From contig CAVNZM010000011.1 of NCBI GenBank assembly GCA_963693365.1, positions 930,001-994,000 of the forward strand: a stretch of 64,000 nucleotides of DNA, read 5' to 3'. The DNA comes from Amoebidium appalachense. Lineage: Eukaryota; Protista; Ichthyosporea. Positions 1 to 22,256 of this stretch are shown piece after piece. Position 1 is the first letter of the stretch. Each line of letters opens with the position of its first letter. The position numbers were made by a program, and so were the translations under genes. The notes under the pieces were generated by a model. The model was not told the DNA's origin. It saw nothing but the letters and a program-made list of their open reading frames with translations, and made no database searches.

Positions 1-8922
<8,922 letters not shown>

Positions 8923-10588
8923 GGGGATTGGTGGTCATACTGCCTCTATTTATAGTGCTGGTATTGGTGACATCCATATTGTGGGGGTGCTGCCCATGAT
9001 TCTCGTTATACTCGTAAATGTATTCTTACTTTCCCTAAAACATAGCATTGGTGAAGTATTATGCCGTGGGTAGAGAGCGCAATATCGCAACGAAAGCAAA
9101 AGACATGTCATGGCTATTCGTTTGGTAGTGTTATATATATAGTAGTATATAATATAATATATATCATTATATTGTGGTAGTTATATATATAGCTATATAG
9201 AGTCATTGTGTTCATATTCCAGCTAGTAAGAAGAATGGACGCCGACTATTCAGCGCTCGACTGGACCCATTGTATGGGCTGCATGTGATTTCATTATTAT
9301 GTGAAATAAACTCATGTTCGTATGCTGCAGAGTATTATATAATAGTCATACACAAGGTTAGCTTTAGGTCGGCATAGGGGGATACACATGACTAAGTATG
9401 TCACAGAAGACACTATAAATAGCCATTATTAGTCAGGTGACTCGGGGGCAGATGATTGATCCGCTTGTGACGGCCCGCCGGGCCAGGTAAATGCTGCGGC
9501 CGTATGGAGCAGTGCTCAATAACATTTGTAGCAGCCCTGATGTCAGTGTTATTCTCGTGCGGCCGTCCACTCATCTTTTGTTTGCTTTTCTACGTGGGTT
9601 GGTGTGTACAGATGTACGTAGAGGGAGGGGGGGCCTATTGAAGATTAAAGGCACGGTGGATGGCGCGAGGGGGGGGGGCGGGGAGGTGGGGGGGAGGGGG
9701 GAGGGGGAGGAGGGAGCCGGGGGGGGGGGGGGGGAGGGACGAGGGGGGGGGGGGGGGGGGCTCAATTAGTCTTACAGCCCTGTCATGTCAGCCCCCCGTA
9801 ACCCCCCCCCCCCACACACACATACAAGCCAACCCCCACTGCCACTCTTCCACCCCCCCAACGCACATGCGCGCACCCACATGTCCGGGACTACCAGCCA
9901 CATACCGACCCTCCCTTCCAAGCTTCCAGACGATCCCTGGCCGGGTACGTGGCTGGGGTCGGGGGGTGGCATTGCTCACGCTGTCCGTGATGGTGGAGGA
10001 GGGGGAGGGGGGGGAGATTACAGGTTGATTCTGGGATTCAGTAAAAGGGGAAACACACCGGTTGGGGCACCATAATGGCGGGCATTGGAAATTTGAAGGG
10101 TTTATGTAGTCGTGATCACCAGTGGTACCATATGGCACGAGATATGTACATGGCCAAAGGGACAATTTGGTGTGGCGACTACTTGAAAATGCCCTTAAAG
10201 TTCTCCACTAGAAAAGTTTAACCTATGTGAAATTCTCCAGTGGGATATCTCAAAGTTCAAAAATTCATCTACTTGTTAGTTTGCAGGCTTGCAGTAGGTA
10301 CGTGTCCTTGCTTATGGTTGTAAATGCATGTGCAGCACAGAAGAAAGCGACTGAAATGGATATGTACATGTGAGTGATGTAAAGCAAAAATGGATCTGTA
10401 CAGGTGAAGGGAAAAACGGAAGCGCCTCTATGCAGCAAGGTATCCAGTGTACAACAAAGTAGGAAACTTTATGATCGAAGTATGGTCCAACACTCAAGAG
10501 CTCTCGAGATCAGCACAAAAACCCCCCAAAGAATCACACGTACAGTAAACGTTTCAGTGAAACTTCCGCTAACAGGGTCCTATCCCTA

Positions 10589-12081
10589 TCACTTTTTATC
10601 AATAAACCCCTCCAATAGCCGGCCAGCAGAAACTTGAGGGGATAACCCAGGCACGTTTGCAATCAGCCAGTCAGAAAATGCAGACACCCTTGTGTAGACC
10701 CCAGGATACTGTGCCTTTGCACACCCTACCCCAAAACTCACAATCCCAATTTGCAAAGACCCCCCTCCCGGCCCATCCACAAAAAGAGGGCCCCCGCTGT
10801 CTCCTTGGCATGAGTCTTTTCCCCCTACACCCATCTCCCCAGCACACATTTGCGAATTTCCAAGTGGGATGACATTGCCATATGCTGCAGTGCATGTGGG
10901 GAGGGAGACGATCGGGAGGGTTGTTTCGTGCAGGGTTGCGGGGGGCACAGCCGCAGTAGAGTCCTGCAGTACGCCCCACCCAGATACCTTGCACTGTTGG
11001 TTGGCTGCCTGTGTGCATGCAGTCAGTGTGGTGGTGGGTAAGAGCGGCGGATGGGGGAAAGAGGGCAGGGCACGGGCAGAACATAATAAGAGAGTAAAAT
11101 GTGGGTGCATAGGAAGCGGGAGGGGGGTCGGGGCTAGCGGGAGGCTGAGGAGGAGGTGAGACGGAGATGGGGGGGCGGGGGGAGATGGGGGTGGGGGGGG
11201 GGGGGGGGGGGGGGGGGGAGGGAGGGGAAGGGAGAGTGAGAATAGATAGCCCGAGGCTCAGTTCCGGGACAATATGGAGCCTTTGAATCGGAATTCCTCT
11301 TTTTTATTTTTTTTTTTGGGAGGGGGGAGGGAGGATAGTCACTGTGCAAACATTACTGTATTAGTAACAAAGAAGAGAAAAGTCCGGGGAGGAGGGGGGG
11401 GGGGGAAGGGGGGGGGGGAAACGAAGGCCCACCTCGAAGTTGCTCCTGTCTGCATAGATGTTCAGCCGCATGGTGGCGTTGGGGGGTGGACCGGGAGCCA
11501 ATCGGATAAGTGCAATGTCGTTGGACCGATCCGTGTTGCTGCCCACATAGCCCCCGTGCACCGTGTAGCCCACTATTGGGTGCTCGGTGAAGGCCCACGG
11601 CTGGCTCAGATCCGTGCCTCCGACACGCACCTGAGAAAGGGAAGGGAGAGAGGGGGGGGTTGAATTCGGAGATAAAGAGAATGAAGTGGTTCAATGCTGA
11701 GAAAAGTTTGAGAACTTGTTAGAAAGTAACCGGCAAAGGGGGTGCCGGAGGGGAAGGGGGAGGCAGGGGGGGGGGGGGGGGAGGAAGGGGGGGGGGGGGG
11801 GGGGGGGGGAGGGGGGCAAGTGAAGCATATTCAAATTTGGGTTGGTCGAGTTAAGTTGATGAGCAGTCCGAGAGAGAATGGGCCCTACGGGATTCCGGGG
11901 GGGGGGGGGGGGGGGGGGAGGGGGGGTGGGGGGAAGGGTTGAAGAAGATCTCGATTTGGATCTGCCCTCAGCTGAGCTTCCCCACATACAGCACTATGCA
12001 GATGTTCCGGCAGAAGTGGCAGCGGGGTAGGATGGTGTTAGATTTTCTTTTTCTCTCTTTTGTCTTTTTTTTTTTTTTTTT

Positions 12082-12120
<39 letters not shown>

Positions 12121-13371
12121 TAATTGGGGTGTATTTAGAAGAAACATCGGGGGAATCCTCGTTTCTGTATGATTATGTTATGATATCTGTTGTGGTGCGC
12201 ATATACTTGCAGCAATGAAGACCATCATAGGTGAATGAGGTTTTATTCGTGAGGGGAAGGGGAGCAAAAGGGGCTTTTTTTGTTGTGTGTGTGTGGGGGG
12301 GGGGGGGGGGGGGGGGGGGGGGAGAGGGGGGGGGGGGGGGGAGAAGAGCCGGGGGAGGGGGTTGGAGGGGGGTTGTATGTGTGGAGGGGGAGGGAATGCA
12401 CTGGGAGAGCGGGGGAGGGGGAGAGGTGGTTGGAAGAGGTGGGGGGGGACGGGGGGGGGGGGGGGGGGGGGGTTCACGGGAAGCAAAAACAGCTGTATTA
12501 GTCGGGAGGAAACATGGCAACTATTGGGGTGGCGATACCGTATGTACCTGGTCAAAACCCTGAATAAATATGGGGAGCCATACTACTACTTGACCGACCA
12601 AGAAAGCGAACAACTAAGACGGAGAAATTTAGTACGCCGGATCAAACAATCAAGTGTGATCAGGAAAGTAGGGGGGAGTGAAAAGCGAAACAAAAAAAAA
12701 AAAAAAAAAAAAAAAAGCAATCAGGGGGGGATATATATATTTACCCGGTCATTCATAATGTGTGTCGGGTCGATGCAGTGTGCGGCCGTCAGAACAGTCT
12801 GGGGGGCCACAAGTGTGCCTCCACAGTAGTGGCCCCATGCATCCCCCCGCACTATGCCAATGCTGGACATCCACACATATCCCCCAGATATCTCTCCACC
12901 CACTATCCTGCCCACCGGGTTTACATCACCGCCATGGATATTCGGCATATCTCGCTCGGTGGCATTGGATGTTTGCAGCCGCCGGGTAAGTGCCTTGAGT
13001 GCCAGTGCACGTGGGTGGGCTTCCATATATGGTGCATTATGGGTGTGCCTGATTGGCTGTCGGTCTATCTTTCGTCCTGCCGGGGTCTCTATGAGTGTTA
13101 CAGGGGCAGCTGAATCACCCTCAGCACGGGCCACCCTTGTCTGGCTGACGGGGTTCACCTCCTTACTATCGTCATTGGGTGGTGACTTGAAAGGGTTCGG
13201 ATCCCCTCGAGGATCTCCGTAAGGGACTGCATTCCTCGTTGTTGACAGGTGAGGATATTCTCGAGGATATGTGATCTCGTTATTGTCGTGTGTTGGTGCT
13301 GCCGTGGCCGTGTGCACACGTGAAAGGGCAATTGCAGACACTATGACGAGTGAAGATACAGTGCCACCCAT
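10589..13371 (-). CDS. Secreted trypsin-like (S1A) serine protease zymogen
   Basis: Exons 13371-12745, 11630-11433, 11008-10589. The 3' end may splice further to segments near 10030-9910 and 9590-9550. Signal peptide MGGTVSSLVIVSAIALS, long propeptide, activation site GR|IVGG, catalytic triad LTAAHC / NDIALIRL / GDSGGP, S1-pocket Asp (KDSCQG), and PGVYTRVS. Confidence 0.92.
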
Positions 13372-14225
13372 GCTGCCTAAAAACGCAGTGCGGTGCAGGT
13401 AATGTTTTTGCCCACCCACTTTTTCTCCCAGCAGCCTTGTCTCATTGATGAAGGCCTCTACAATGTAACGCCGGCATGCAGTTACTACTGTGTCACGTTC
13501 GATTAGTTTCCTGTCTGATGGAGGGGTTTGAGCGCTAATACAAGCACACAGACACCCTGGTGGTACTACCAGGTTTTGGAGCACAAAAGCAGTTGCCCTG
13601 CCACCAAAGCTAAAGCACACCGCGTTCTGTGTGCCCCCATCACTCTAGGTCGTGTGCACGTGTGTGTACACCGCCCGTCGGCCATTGTCTATTATTAGCA
13701 ACACCAACCACTCGCGAAGCCCATCATCAGTGCATTGACATGCACACGCACGTGCATTGGACGGGCCTCAAACCAGCTACACAGCAGTTGAGTGTTGCGT
13801 ACGCGTGGACAGGAGGGTCCACAGTCTGACGTATCGGCTTGGTCATGGGCCACCTGCCACGTGCAGTGCGTGGGACGCCAAAGCGTGACACGTGACAGAC
13901 GTGTCACTTGCCTGCGCGCAGCAACCATCCTAGCTCGAACTGCAGGAGCTATTATGAAGTGCTCTGACTGAGAGCAGCTGCAAATGCATGCACGTGTACA
14001 TGACAGGTGTCTGTGCTGTTGGGCCGGCTCAAACCAAAGGGGTTGGATCCCTCCCTTCAGCCCCCCTCGGGCACTCAGGACAAGAGGTCTAAAAATAGGT
14101 TCAATTGTACAAACAAACCCAGTGTGCCGTAGAGGCTACGTACACGTGCATATCGACGATTCATACGTACCCAACACCGTGACTATTGTTATCTGATGCC
14201 GTACTGTTTTGCATTTCAAGAGCAG

Positions 14226-14291
<66 letters not shown>

Positions 14292-14498
14292 GACAAGTAG
14301 CAACAACCGAAGGGGATTCATGATATCATAATAAGAACGTGTGGGCTATTCGTCCCCTAAAAGTATGATGATTAGACCCTATTTCCAATCAATATACTAC
14401 CCACGACCGTAAATTTTAGTCACCCCCTGTGTGACATTTGGGGGAAGGGGAGAATGTAGTATAATCTAACTCTGGTGGACCAATCACGAAGTTGAGAT

Positions 14499-14538
<40 letters not shown>

Positions 14539-14670
14539 GGCCCGGGGCCCGGGGGCCCCATACCTTCACACCTGTACACACGCGTGGCCGCGCATGCGCG
14601 CGCGCACACACACAAAAGTACACACACGCAAACACAAACAAAGACCAACCTGAACATCACCCACTCAACC

Positions 14671-14721
<51 letters not shown>

Positions 14722-14867
14722 CGCGCTCGTGGGTTCACCATCACACGCACATACACACATCCACACACCCGCACCCAAACAAACACAGATCCTCCCCCCC
14801 CACTCCCCCTTCCCCCCCCCCTCCCCCCACACACATGTACACACAAGTGCGTGCGCGTGCACACACG

Positions 14868-14904
<37 letters not shown>

Positions 14905-15033
14905 CCGAGTTGAACCCCCCCCCCCCCCCCCCCCCCCTCTCCCCCCCCCAACACACATGCACACAGGCATGCCGGCGCACACACACTGTACATGTACACA
15001 ATGACCTGGGCACCTGGGCACCTGGGCACCTAG

Positions 15034-15450
15034 AGGGCCCAACGACATTAGCAAAATCAGCTTGCTGAGAGCTGAATTATTCAGCACAGGGTAGAATGAT
15101 TCAGCAGAGTATTCTGCTTAGCGCAAAATTACTCTGCTTCGAGCGAATTTATTCTGCAGAAAGCCAATTTGAAACTCTCTTCTTCGAATAAGGTTCTTCT
15201 GCAAATAGCAGAATTTCAAGTTACTTCTGCAAGTGCCGTGAGCAGAATTTTTTCCTTTTTTGCTTTGGCAGAATGAATTTGCTCTATGTAAGCAGAATCA
15301 ATCATGAATTTGCAGAAAAACTTCGTTTCGCTTTTAGTATAAATTTGCTAAACAAGAAAAAAATAATTCTGCCTTTTTCGGTTCGTTTTTATGCTGAATA
15401 ACTCTTAGGCTGCTCGGAGCAAGTTTGAGTTTTGCTAACTTCATTGGCCT
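15034..15450. mobile_element. MITE-like non-autonomous DNA transposon (PIF/Harbinger/Tourist-like termini)
   Basis: Imperfect ~55-bp terminal inverted repeats: AGGGCCCAACGACATTAGCAAAATCAGCTTGCT...TTATTCAGCA versus the reverse complement of the right end, AGGCCAATGAAGTTAGCAAAACTCAAACTTGCT...TTATTCAGCA. Flanks are TAG/TAA, internal CAGAAT/ATTCTG motifs recur, and there is no ORF. Confidence 0.6.
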
Positions 15451-16040
15451 TAACTGCCACCACAACAACGCGTGCACCATGTGAAAAAGAACCTCATAAA
15501 AGAAGAACAAATGCAGAGGTTGTAAAGGATGCAGGCATTCAGTGCCCCTTGGCACATGCACAGTGTACTCACCCTCACAAGTATCTTATCCTCGCTCACT
15601 TCATCCTCACCCTCGTTAGAATCCTTATCCTCGTTCTTATAGCGACCTTCCTTGGTCTCAAGGCGTAATGTGGTGGAAGGAAAGAGGATCATGGGACTCT
15701 TAGGCCTGTGTGATTCCTTCGAGGCTGCTCAGACTGTGCATGCTGTGGCCCGTGTGCAGAAAGTAATATCATATCAGTGTGACTTCTTGGGTTGGCATGT
15801 GTCCGTGTGGCGGTTACAAGTATGGCAGACCTAAGGCCTTGCTATGTGATTGGATCCCCCTTCCCCCCCCCCCCCCCCCTCCCCCACACACACACATACA
15901 CATACACCTCCACCCCCCCCCCCCCCCCCCCCCCGGCTTTGAGCAAAAATATGAGAAAAATGTGAAGCCCCCCCCCCCCCCTCCCCCCCCTCTTTCCCCC
16001 CCCCAGCACACACCACCACAACCATCACCACCACTTTTTT

Positions 16041-16071
<31 letters not shown>

Positions 16072-16487
16072 GGGGGGAGGAGGGAGGGAGGGGGGGGGGG
16101 GGGGCGGGGGGAGGCCAGTTTTTTCCGAGTCGAGGTGTGCATGTACACTTTGCAAAGACCATTACACAAAACACACATCATAGGCACGCCTGCAACAAAT
16201 GTTCTCGTGGGTGAGGTTAGTTCTGGGAGTTATACATCACCTCGGATACGCATGTTGCGAGCATCAGTGTTTGCATAAATTCTATTCTTTCTTTTTTGGT
16301 AATATTAAGGGGCGGAGTAGGGCGGGTGATGGTGGTGGTGGTGACGGTGGTGTGTGCGGGGGGGCGGAGGGAGGTGGTGGTGGTGGTGGTGGGGGGGGGG
16401 GTTAAGAGGGGGGAAAGTTGGGGAGGGAGGAGGGGAGGGGCAGGCGATGACTCTGAGCACTGGAGCGGTTGTCTTTAGAGTCCGCGC

Positions 16488-16560
<73 letters not shown>

Positions 16561-16562
16561 AC

Positions 16563-16648
<86 letters not shown>

Positions 16649-17206
16649 CGCGTGCGCTTTTGTCATGATGTGCTATGCGGTCGTTGCTTGTGTAGGTATT
16701 AGCCGTCCGAACGGTAACGAGCGCTGTACGTGTGTGTGTGTGGTAGGGGGGGGCGGGGGGGGAGGGGGGAGTTAGGGGGGGGGGGGGGGGTGGGGAGGGA
16801 TGAGATGGGGGTGGGTGGGGGGTGTTTTTACGTGTGGACGTACGTAATCCCCCCCCCCCCCCCCCCCCCAATCCCTCCTCCCCCTCCTGCCGCTAGCTCC
16901 ACTTTAAACACAGATAGGCATCCGGAGAGGAAAGAAATCCGAGGAATTCTAAGTGCATCCATTCACACGAGTCTTTGGTTGTACGTGCCCCATGTGTGTG
17001 TGTGGCTACGGTCCAACCCACATCACAATGCAGGGGTATGAGGCGCAAAACACTCATTATTTTAAAGCAGGGGTGAGTGCGCATGAGGTACATACAAGAG
17101 GCACAGGTCAATGCAAAACGGCTGGTGCCAATCAACACTTGCACATATCCCATCTGTACGTGTGTGTTGCCTACTCTCTTTCTCTCTCCCGTGCGTGCAT
17201 ACTGAG

Positions 17207-17253
<47 letters not shown>

Positions 17254-17695
17254 CTGTGCAGGCACGCATGTGTGTGCCTGTGCAGGTGTGTCCGTGTGCC
17301 CACTCCGACAACACTGTTGAAATGCACTTTCGTTTTTACTGAAAAAACACTACATTCTATTACACTTTACTTAGCTACATTATGTCCTACGAAGCAAGAT
17401 CCCATACCACTCAGCAACCCCATTGCATACCAACACTACACCAGATGGCTATGGACTAAAGAGCACAAACACGAGTGGGTGGGTGGCCGTGTGTATGTGT
17501 GTGCATGTGTCTGTGTTCAAGAACCATGTAAAAACAGACCGTGGTTGGTGCCTTCCCCCCCTCCCCCCCCCCCCAAAAAAAACCCACTTATTATTTTTTT
17601 TCCCCTTTTTTTTTTCGTTTGTTTGTTTAAAGGGGGGGTTTTTTTTTAGGCAGAACCCTAAAATCTAAAAAAGCTCACCATCGTTACTATCGTTG

Positions 17696-17735
<40 letters not shown>

Positions 17736-17804
17736 TCTCTCTCTCTCACCCCCCAAACCTTTTTTTTGTTTTTTGTTTTGGTGTGTGTGTGTGTGTCTGT
17801 GTGT

Positions 17805-17835
<31 letters not shown>

Positions 17836-19699
17836 GGCGTGCATGTGTCTGTGTTCAACACGAGCCCGTGGGAAGGCAAAAAACGACACCAAGACTAAGA
17901 ACAGTTCGGAAACACAACCAGAACCCAGCTAGGTCCAAAAAACTCCTAGGGACCATACTACACAAATTTTCGTGTTTGGGTGTTCGGTTTGTTCCGAAAG
18001 TTCAGGAAAACGAGAGTAGTTTCAGCAAGAATAGACTCTGAACTGAACTGGTTACCTCATTCAGTCGCATGCTGAGGTATTTATGTGCGCCAGATTGGCA
18101 AAGGGCTTTGGCACAGAAAGGCTGTGATTGGTGGCTTTATCATTCGAAACTTTGAATTCGCCGTCTGACCGTCCAGACTCTGACGGTCTGAGCCCAAATG
18201 AAAAGAAAAACAGTGTAGTGGCTGTTTGGTGCAAATTGAAACTCCCATATGAAACCACAACCATATATAGTTTTCAAGTGTTTCTAATAGTCTATACGAT
18301 AGAAAAGTACTGTACATCTACCAGCAGAAAGGTTTTGACTGGCTGCTGATGTTATCACGTGAGCCCCTGCCATCTGGGACCTAGCATCCCATTGATCGTA
18401 TATCGTGCACGAACATGACAGCGCCTGATGATTGGTCACTGTCGTGGTTTGGATCTACCGTTATCAGTAGTCAAGCTGCCAACAGGCTTGCAAAATTGCA
18501 TTCTCTCATTCGTGACGTTTGTAGCCTAAAGTATTATTTTCTCTTGACTGGGATTTATTGATCAGTGGTCCAGTGGATATGAAGGCAACGTGCAGCCACA
18601 GGCTACATGACCACCAAGATAACCGACTTCGAAAGAGCCACAGCGATGAAATAAAAAATAAAACAACAAGTGACCAAAGGACACCAGCGGGCAAAGGTAC
18701 AAGTGCACGTGCATGCGTGAAACTAGTTTGCTCCAACTTGTCATATGCAGCGATGATGACCAGGCCACACTTTGCAAGAAGACATCATTACTGCTGCCCC
18801 CCAACAGGCCCCCCTCAAAACCTACCGGGGCACAGCAAGCAAGTCAGCCCTTTAAGGAGCAATGCAGACCAAATCCGAGCGAGAAAACAATCCCCACGGG
18901 CCCGTCCCCTAGAAAACCCGCAGAAGCTGTCTCTAACTCTTTGATAAGGTGGCCTAGTTGTGGCTGGACACACAGGAAAACACAACTACAGAATGCATGC
19001 AAGCAAACCCAGTCATTGCCATACTGCTGAAGGCTGAAAACACGACAGCCACAAGGAAAGCTCCTCGACAATCCAATAGCTACCCCTCCACTCAGGCAGC
19101 GCAGAAGCAGTTGAAGAAGTTGCAGCAGCCCACTGCCAATAGCTCGCGTAGAAGCGTAGATAGCGTGTAGAAGTCACCGTAAGTTGCAGTGCGCCACCAG
19201 ATGTCGAAGAAACCACTCATCAAGCGAGAAACTCCGCGGAAGGAGATGTCCCCACACTCTCACAACAGTAGGAATAGACAAGGCCGCACTACACACACAC
19301 ACTGTCACGTTCCCCTGAGTGGGACCCCTTCCCACCGGTCACAAAAAGAAAAAACGAAAGCCTTTATATACCTGCCATGGTGAAGAATCGGGGAAAAAAG
19401 TTGACGTGACAGCTAAGAGATCGAAGTAAAAGGTAATATATGTGGATTATTGCTCCATTGGGTCAGTTTTCTGCAACAGAAATGGGCTTCTATTCTTCCC
19501 TCAGAAATAATGCGCCAAGCTGTATTATAATATAGGGCCACTTTTATCATTTCATTTCTGTCTACCGTGCAGACAGAAAACTGCGTTGTATACGGTATCG
19601 CAACCGGTCCACATATCCATGCCGTCGTTAGTGTCTGTTTATAATCAAAATTTGGGGACTGAGGAGGCGGTGGAGATATCTCGGTGTGTGCGTGCGTGC

Positions 19700-20272
<573 letters not shown>

Positions 20273-21039
20273 CACATCACAGGTTCTACCAGAGGCTACC
20301 ATGAATGAATATGCGCGCCGCGATGATATCATTTTGTGCACGTCAATGTGCATACAGCTCAAATTCGATGAGCGCGATACAGCGCATATGTGTGTGCACG
20401 AATGTGTGCGCGATAAGTTTAAGGGTGCTTGCCAACGGTTCTGCTTCGCACATACGCCCACATGGGCGTGTACGGTGCGCATTCGGGGATGTGTGTTTGT
20501 GTCTGTGCGCACACACACATATAGTGTGTACATATGTGTATGTGTGGGGCGGGGGGAGGGGGGAGGGGGGGAGGGGGGATGTGGGGCAGCGCGCAAACGT
20601 AGGCGTGCGCGTGTGCAAAGCATGCACGCCAAATCAATATGGTACCCATTCTGTAACACACACACAATTCACCAAAGCGCCACTAGCTTGAGATAGAACA
20701 CACTCGGTACATAAGTTCTATGACAGGACAAGACCAATAACAGGTCTTCCCCACCCCGTCTCTATTGATTTGAACATTTTTATTTGGTCTCATTCAGTAC
20801 CGCTGTCTAGTACATAGTGGGTACCAGCCTAATAGTATATACATACGTTCTAGACTGAGCCCGTCAGACAGACATGGCAGAACGATCTGACTATATACTC
20901 GCAAAGGATAAGGGGAGGTTGGATCAATTTTAGCTGAGGTGTTGCTTTGAGGGGGGTCCGAGTATGAAGAAATTTCACGTGTCTGCTGACGGGGGTCTAT
21001 TGTGGTGCGGTGGTGCTGTGGAATTGAGAGTGGTCGGAT

Positions 21040-21524
21040 TGTAAACAACTGTACACATGAACTGTACATGTTTACTAAAGAATGTGATCTACTAGCACAC
21101 GATTCGTGCTGTGTCATGAATATCACATAAATATTATTTCCGCACCAATAGGACTCACTTTGACCTAAGAATTGAACCATATATGATTCTATTGCTGCTT
21201 ACCACATAAACGAAGTGGACCAATAAGAGGTTTTCATAAATAGGACGAAGGTCTGACTGGCTCGGACCGCACCAGAATCACGAATGGCATGTTGCCACCC
21301 GCGCTGGCCGCGGATGAACCAATCCTGGGCCTTGATCCGAAACCTGGGGGCTATATAACAAAGCCGTCCCAGTACGGGGATCACTTCAGTGAAGTCAGAC
21401 TGAAACAGTCAGAACGAAGCCCATATTAAAAGCAACCTGGCCGCGTGTGCCTTTCTACCCGTTCTCTGACTTTATTTTGATTCAGTTGTACTCCGCCTTA
21501 TCCTAACCAGTCCAACTGTTTACA
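21040..21524 (+). mobile_element. Solo LTR of the same family as the 24617-28211 element (diverged, opposite orientation)
   Basis: TGTAAACA...TGTTTACA termini. The sequence is the reverse complement of 24617-25096 with scattered substitutions. Flanks CGGAT / GGGAT form a 5-bp TSD with one mismatch. Internal TATA-like GCTATATAA. Confidence 0.88.
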
Positions 21525-22219
21525 GGGATGTGTGTGGTGCCCCATGTCGTGTAGTGTAGTGGTGGCTGGTATTTGTCTGTAGGTGTGATGTGGGTTGTAC
21601 TCTGTCTAACGGTGGGTGCATCTGCATTTGGGGCGGGTAGGATATGGTGGGGGGGGGGAGGGGGGAGGGGGGGGGGGGGGGGGGGGGGGGAGGGGGGGGG
21701 GGGGGAGGGTTGGCTCTAGGTGTTGTGCTTGGCTGTTTCCTGCGGATGGCTTTTTTGCTTTTGTGGGTTGTGTTTGGGTTTGGTTTACGCATGGCCATGG
21801 ACAGATTGGCCAATAGGCTGTCTCGGGCGGGTGTGCTTGTCGAGAGCTAGGGGTAAAGTGATGTCCCTGCATAGCCCTTTGCTGATCCAGTCTTGGGTTG
21901 GGGAGGTCCACCCAGTCTTTAACTTGTGTTGTGCTGATCATACGATAACTCCCCACTAGTGGTCTGGGGTAGAAACCCTAGGCTAAGTGTGCAATGCGAA
22001 GGTCTTGTACAATTGCATTAGTAGTTGGGATTGCTAAAGGTGTGTTGGTTTAGCTGGACGCACCATTAGCATCCTAGCTAGGGTACAGCCGGTGCTTAGT
22101 GGAAAGTGGTCACCGAGTTTCCATGAGGGACCCCTAAGGCCCCTTTCCCCCACCCCCCCCCCTCTGCCCCCCCCCCCCCCCCCCCCATTCTGACATCCCC
22201 CCCTCCCCTCCCCCCTCCC

Positions 22220-22256
<37 letters not shown>

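Noticed and set aside
15560-15720. Acidic minus-strand exon-like segment (EDKDSNEGEDEVSEDK) ending at GTGAGT; similar orphan ORFs at 23494-23766, 30808-31113 and 55576-55899
   Set aside because: They could not be linked into a coherent gene or assigned to any family.
17898-18003. Imperfect inverted repeat (GAACAGTTCGGAAAC... / ...GTTCCGAAAGTTC)
   Set aside because: Too degenerate, with no clear termini or TSD to call an element.
21530-22140. Possible decayed LINE reverse-transcriptase fragment on the minus strand (QLLMQLYKTF)
   Set aside because: Only a weak motif resemblance with multiple stops. It cannot be supported without a profile search.
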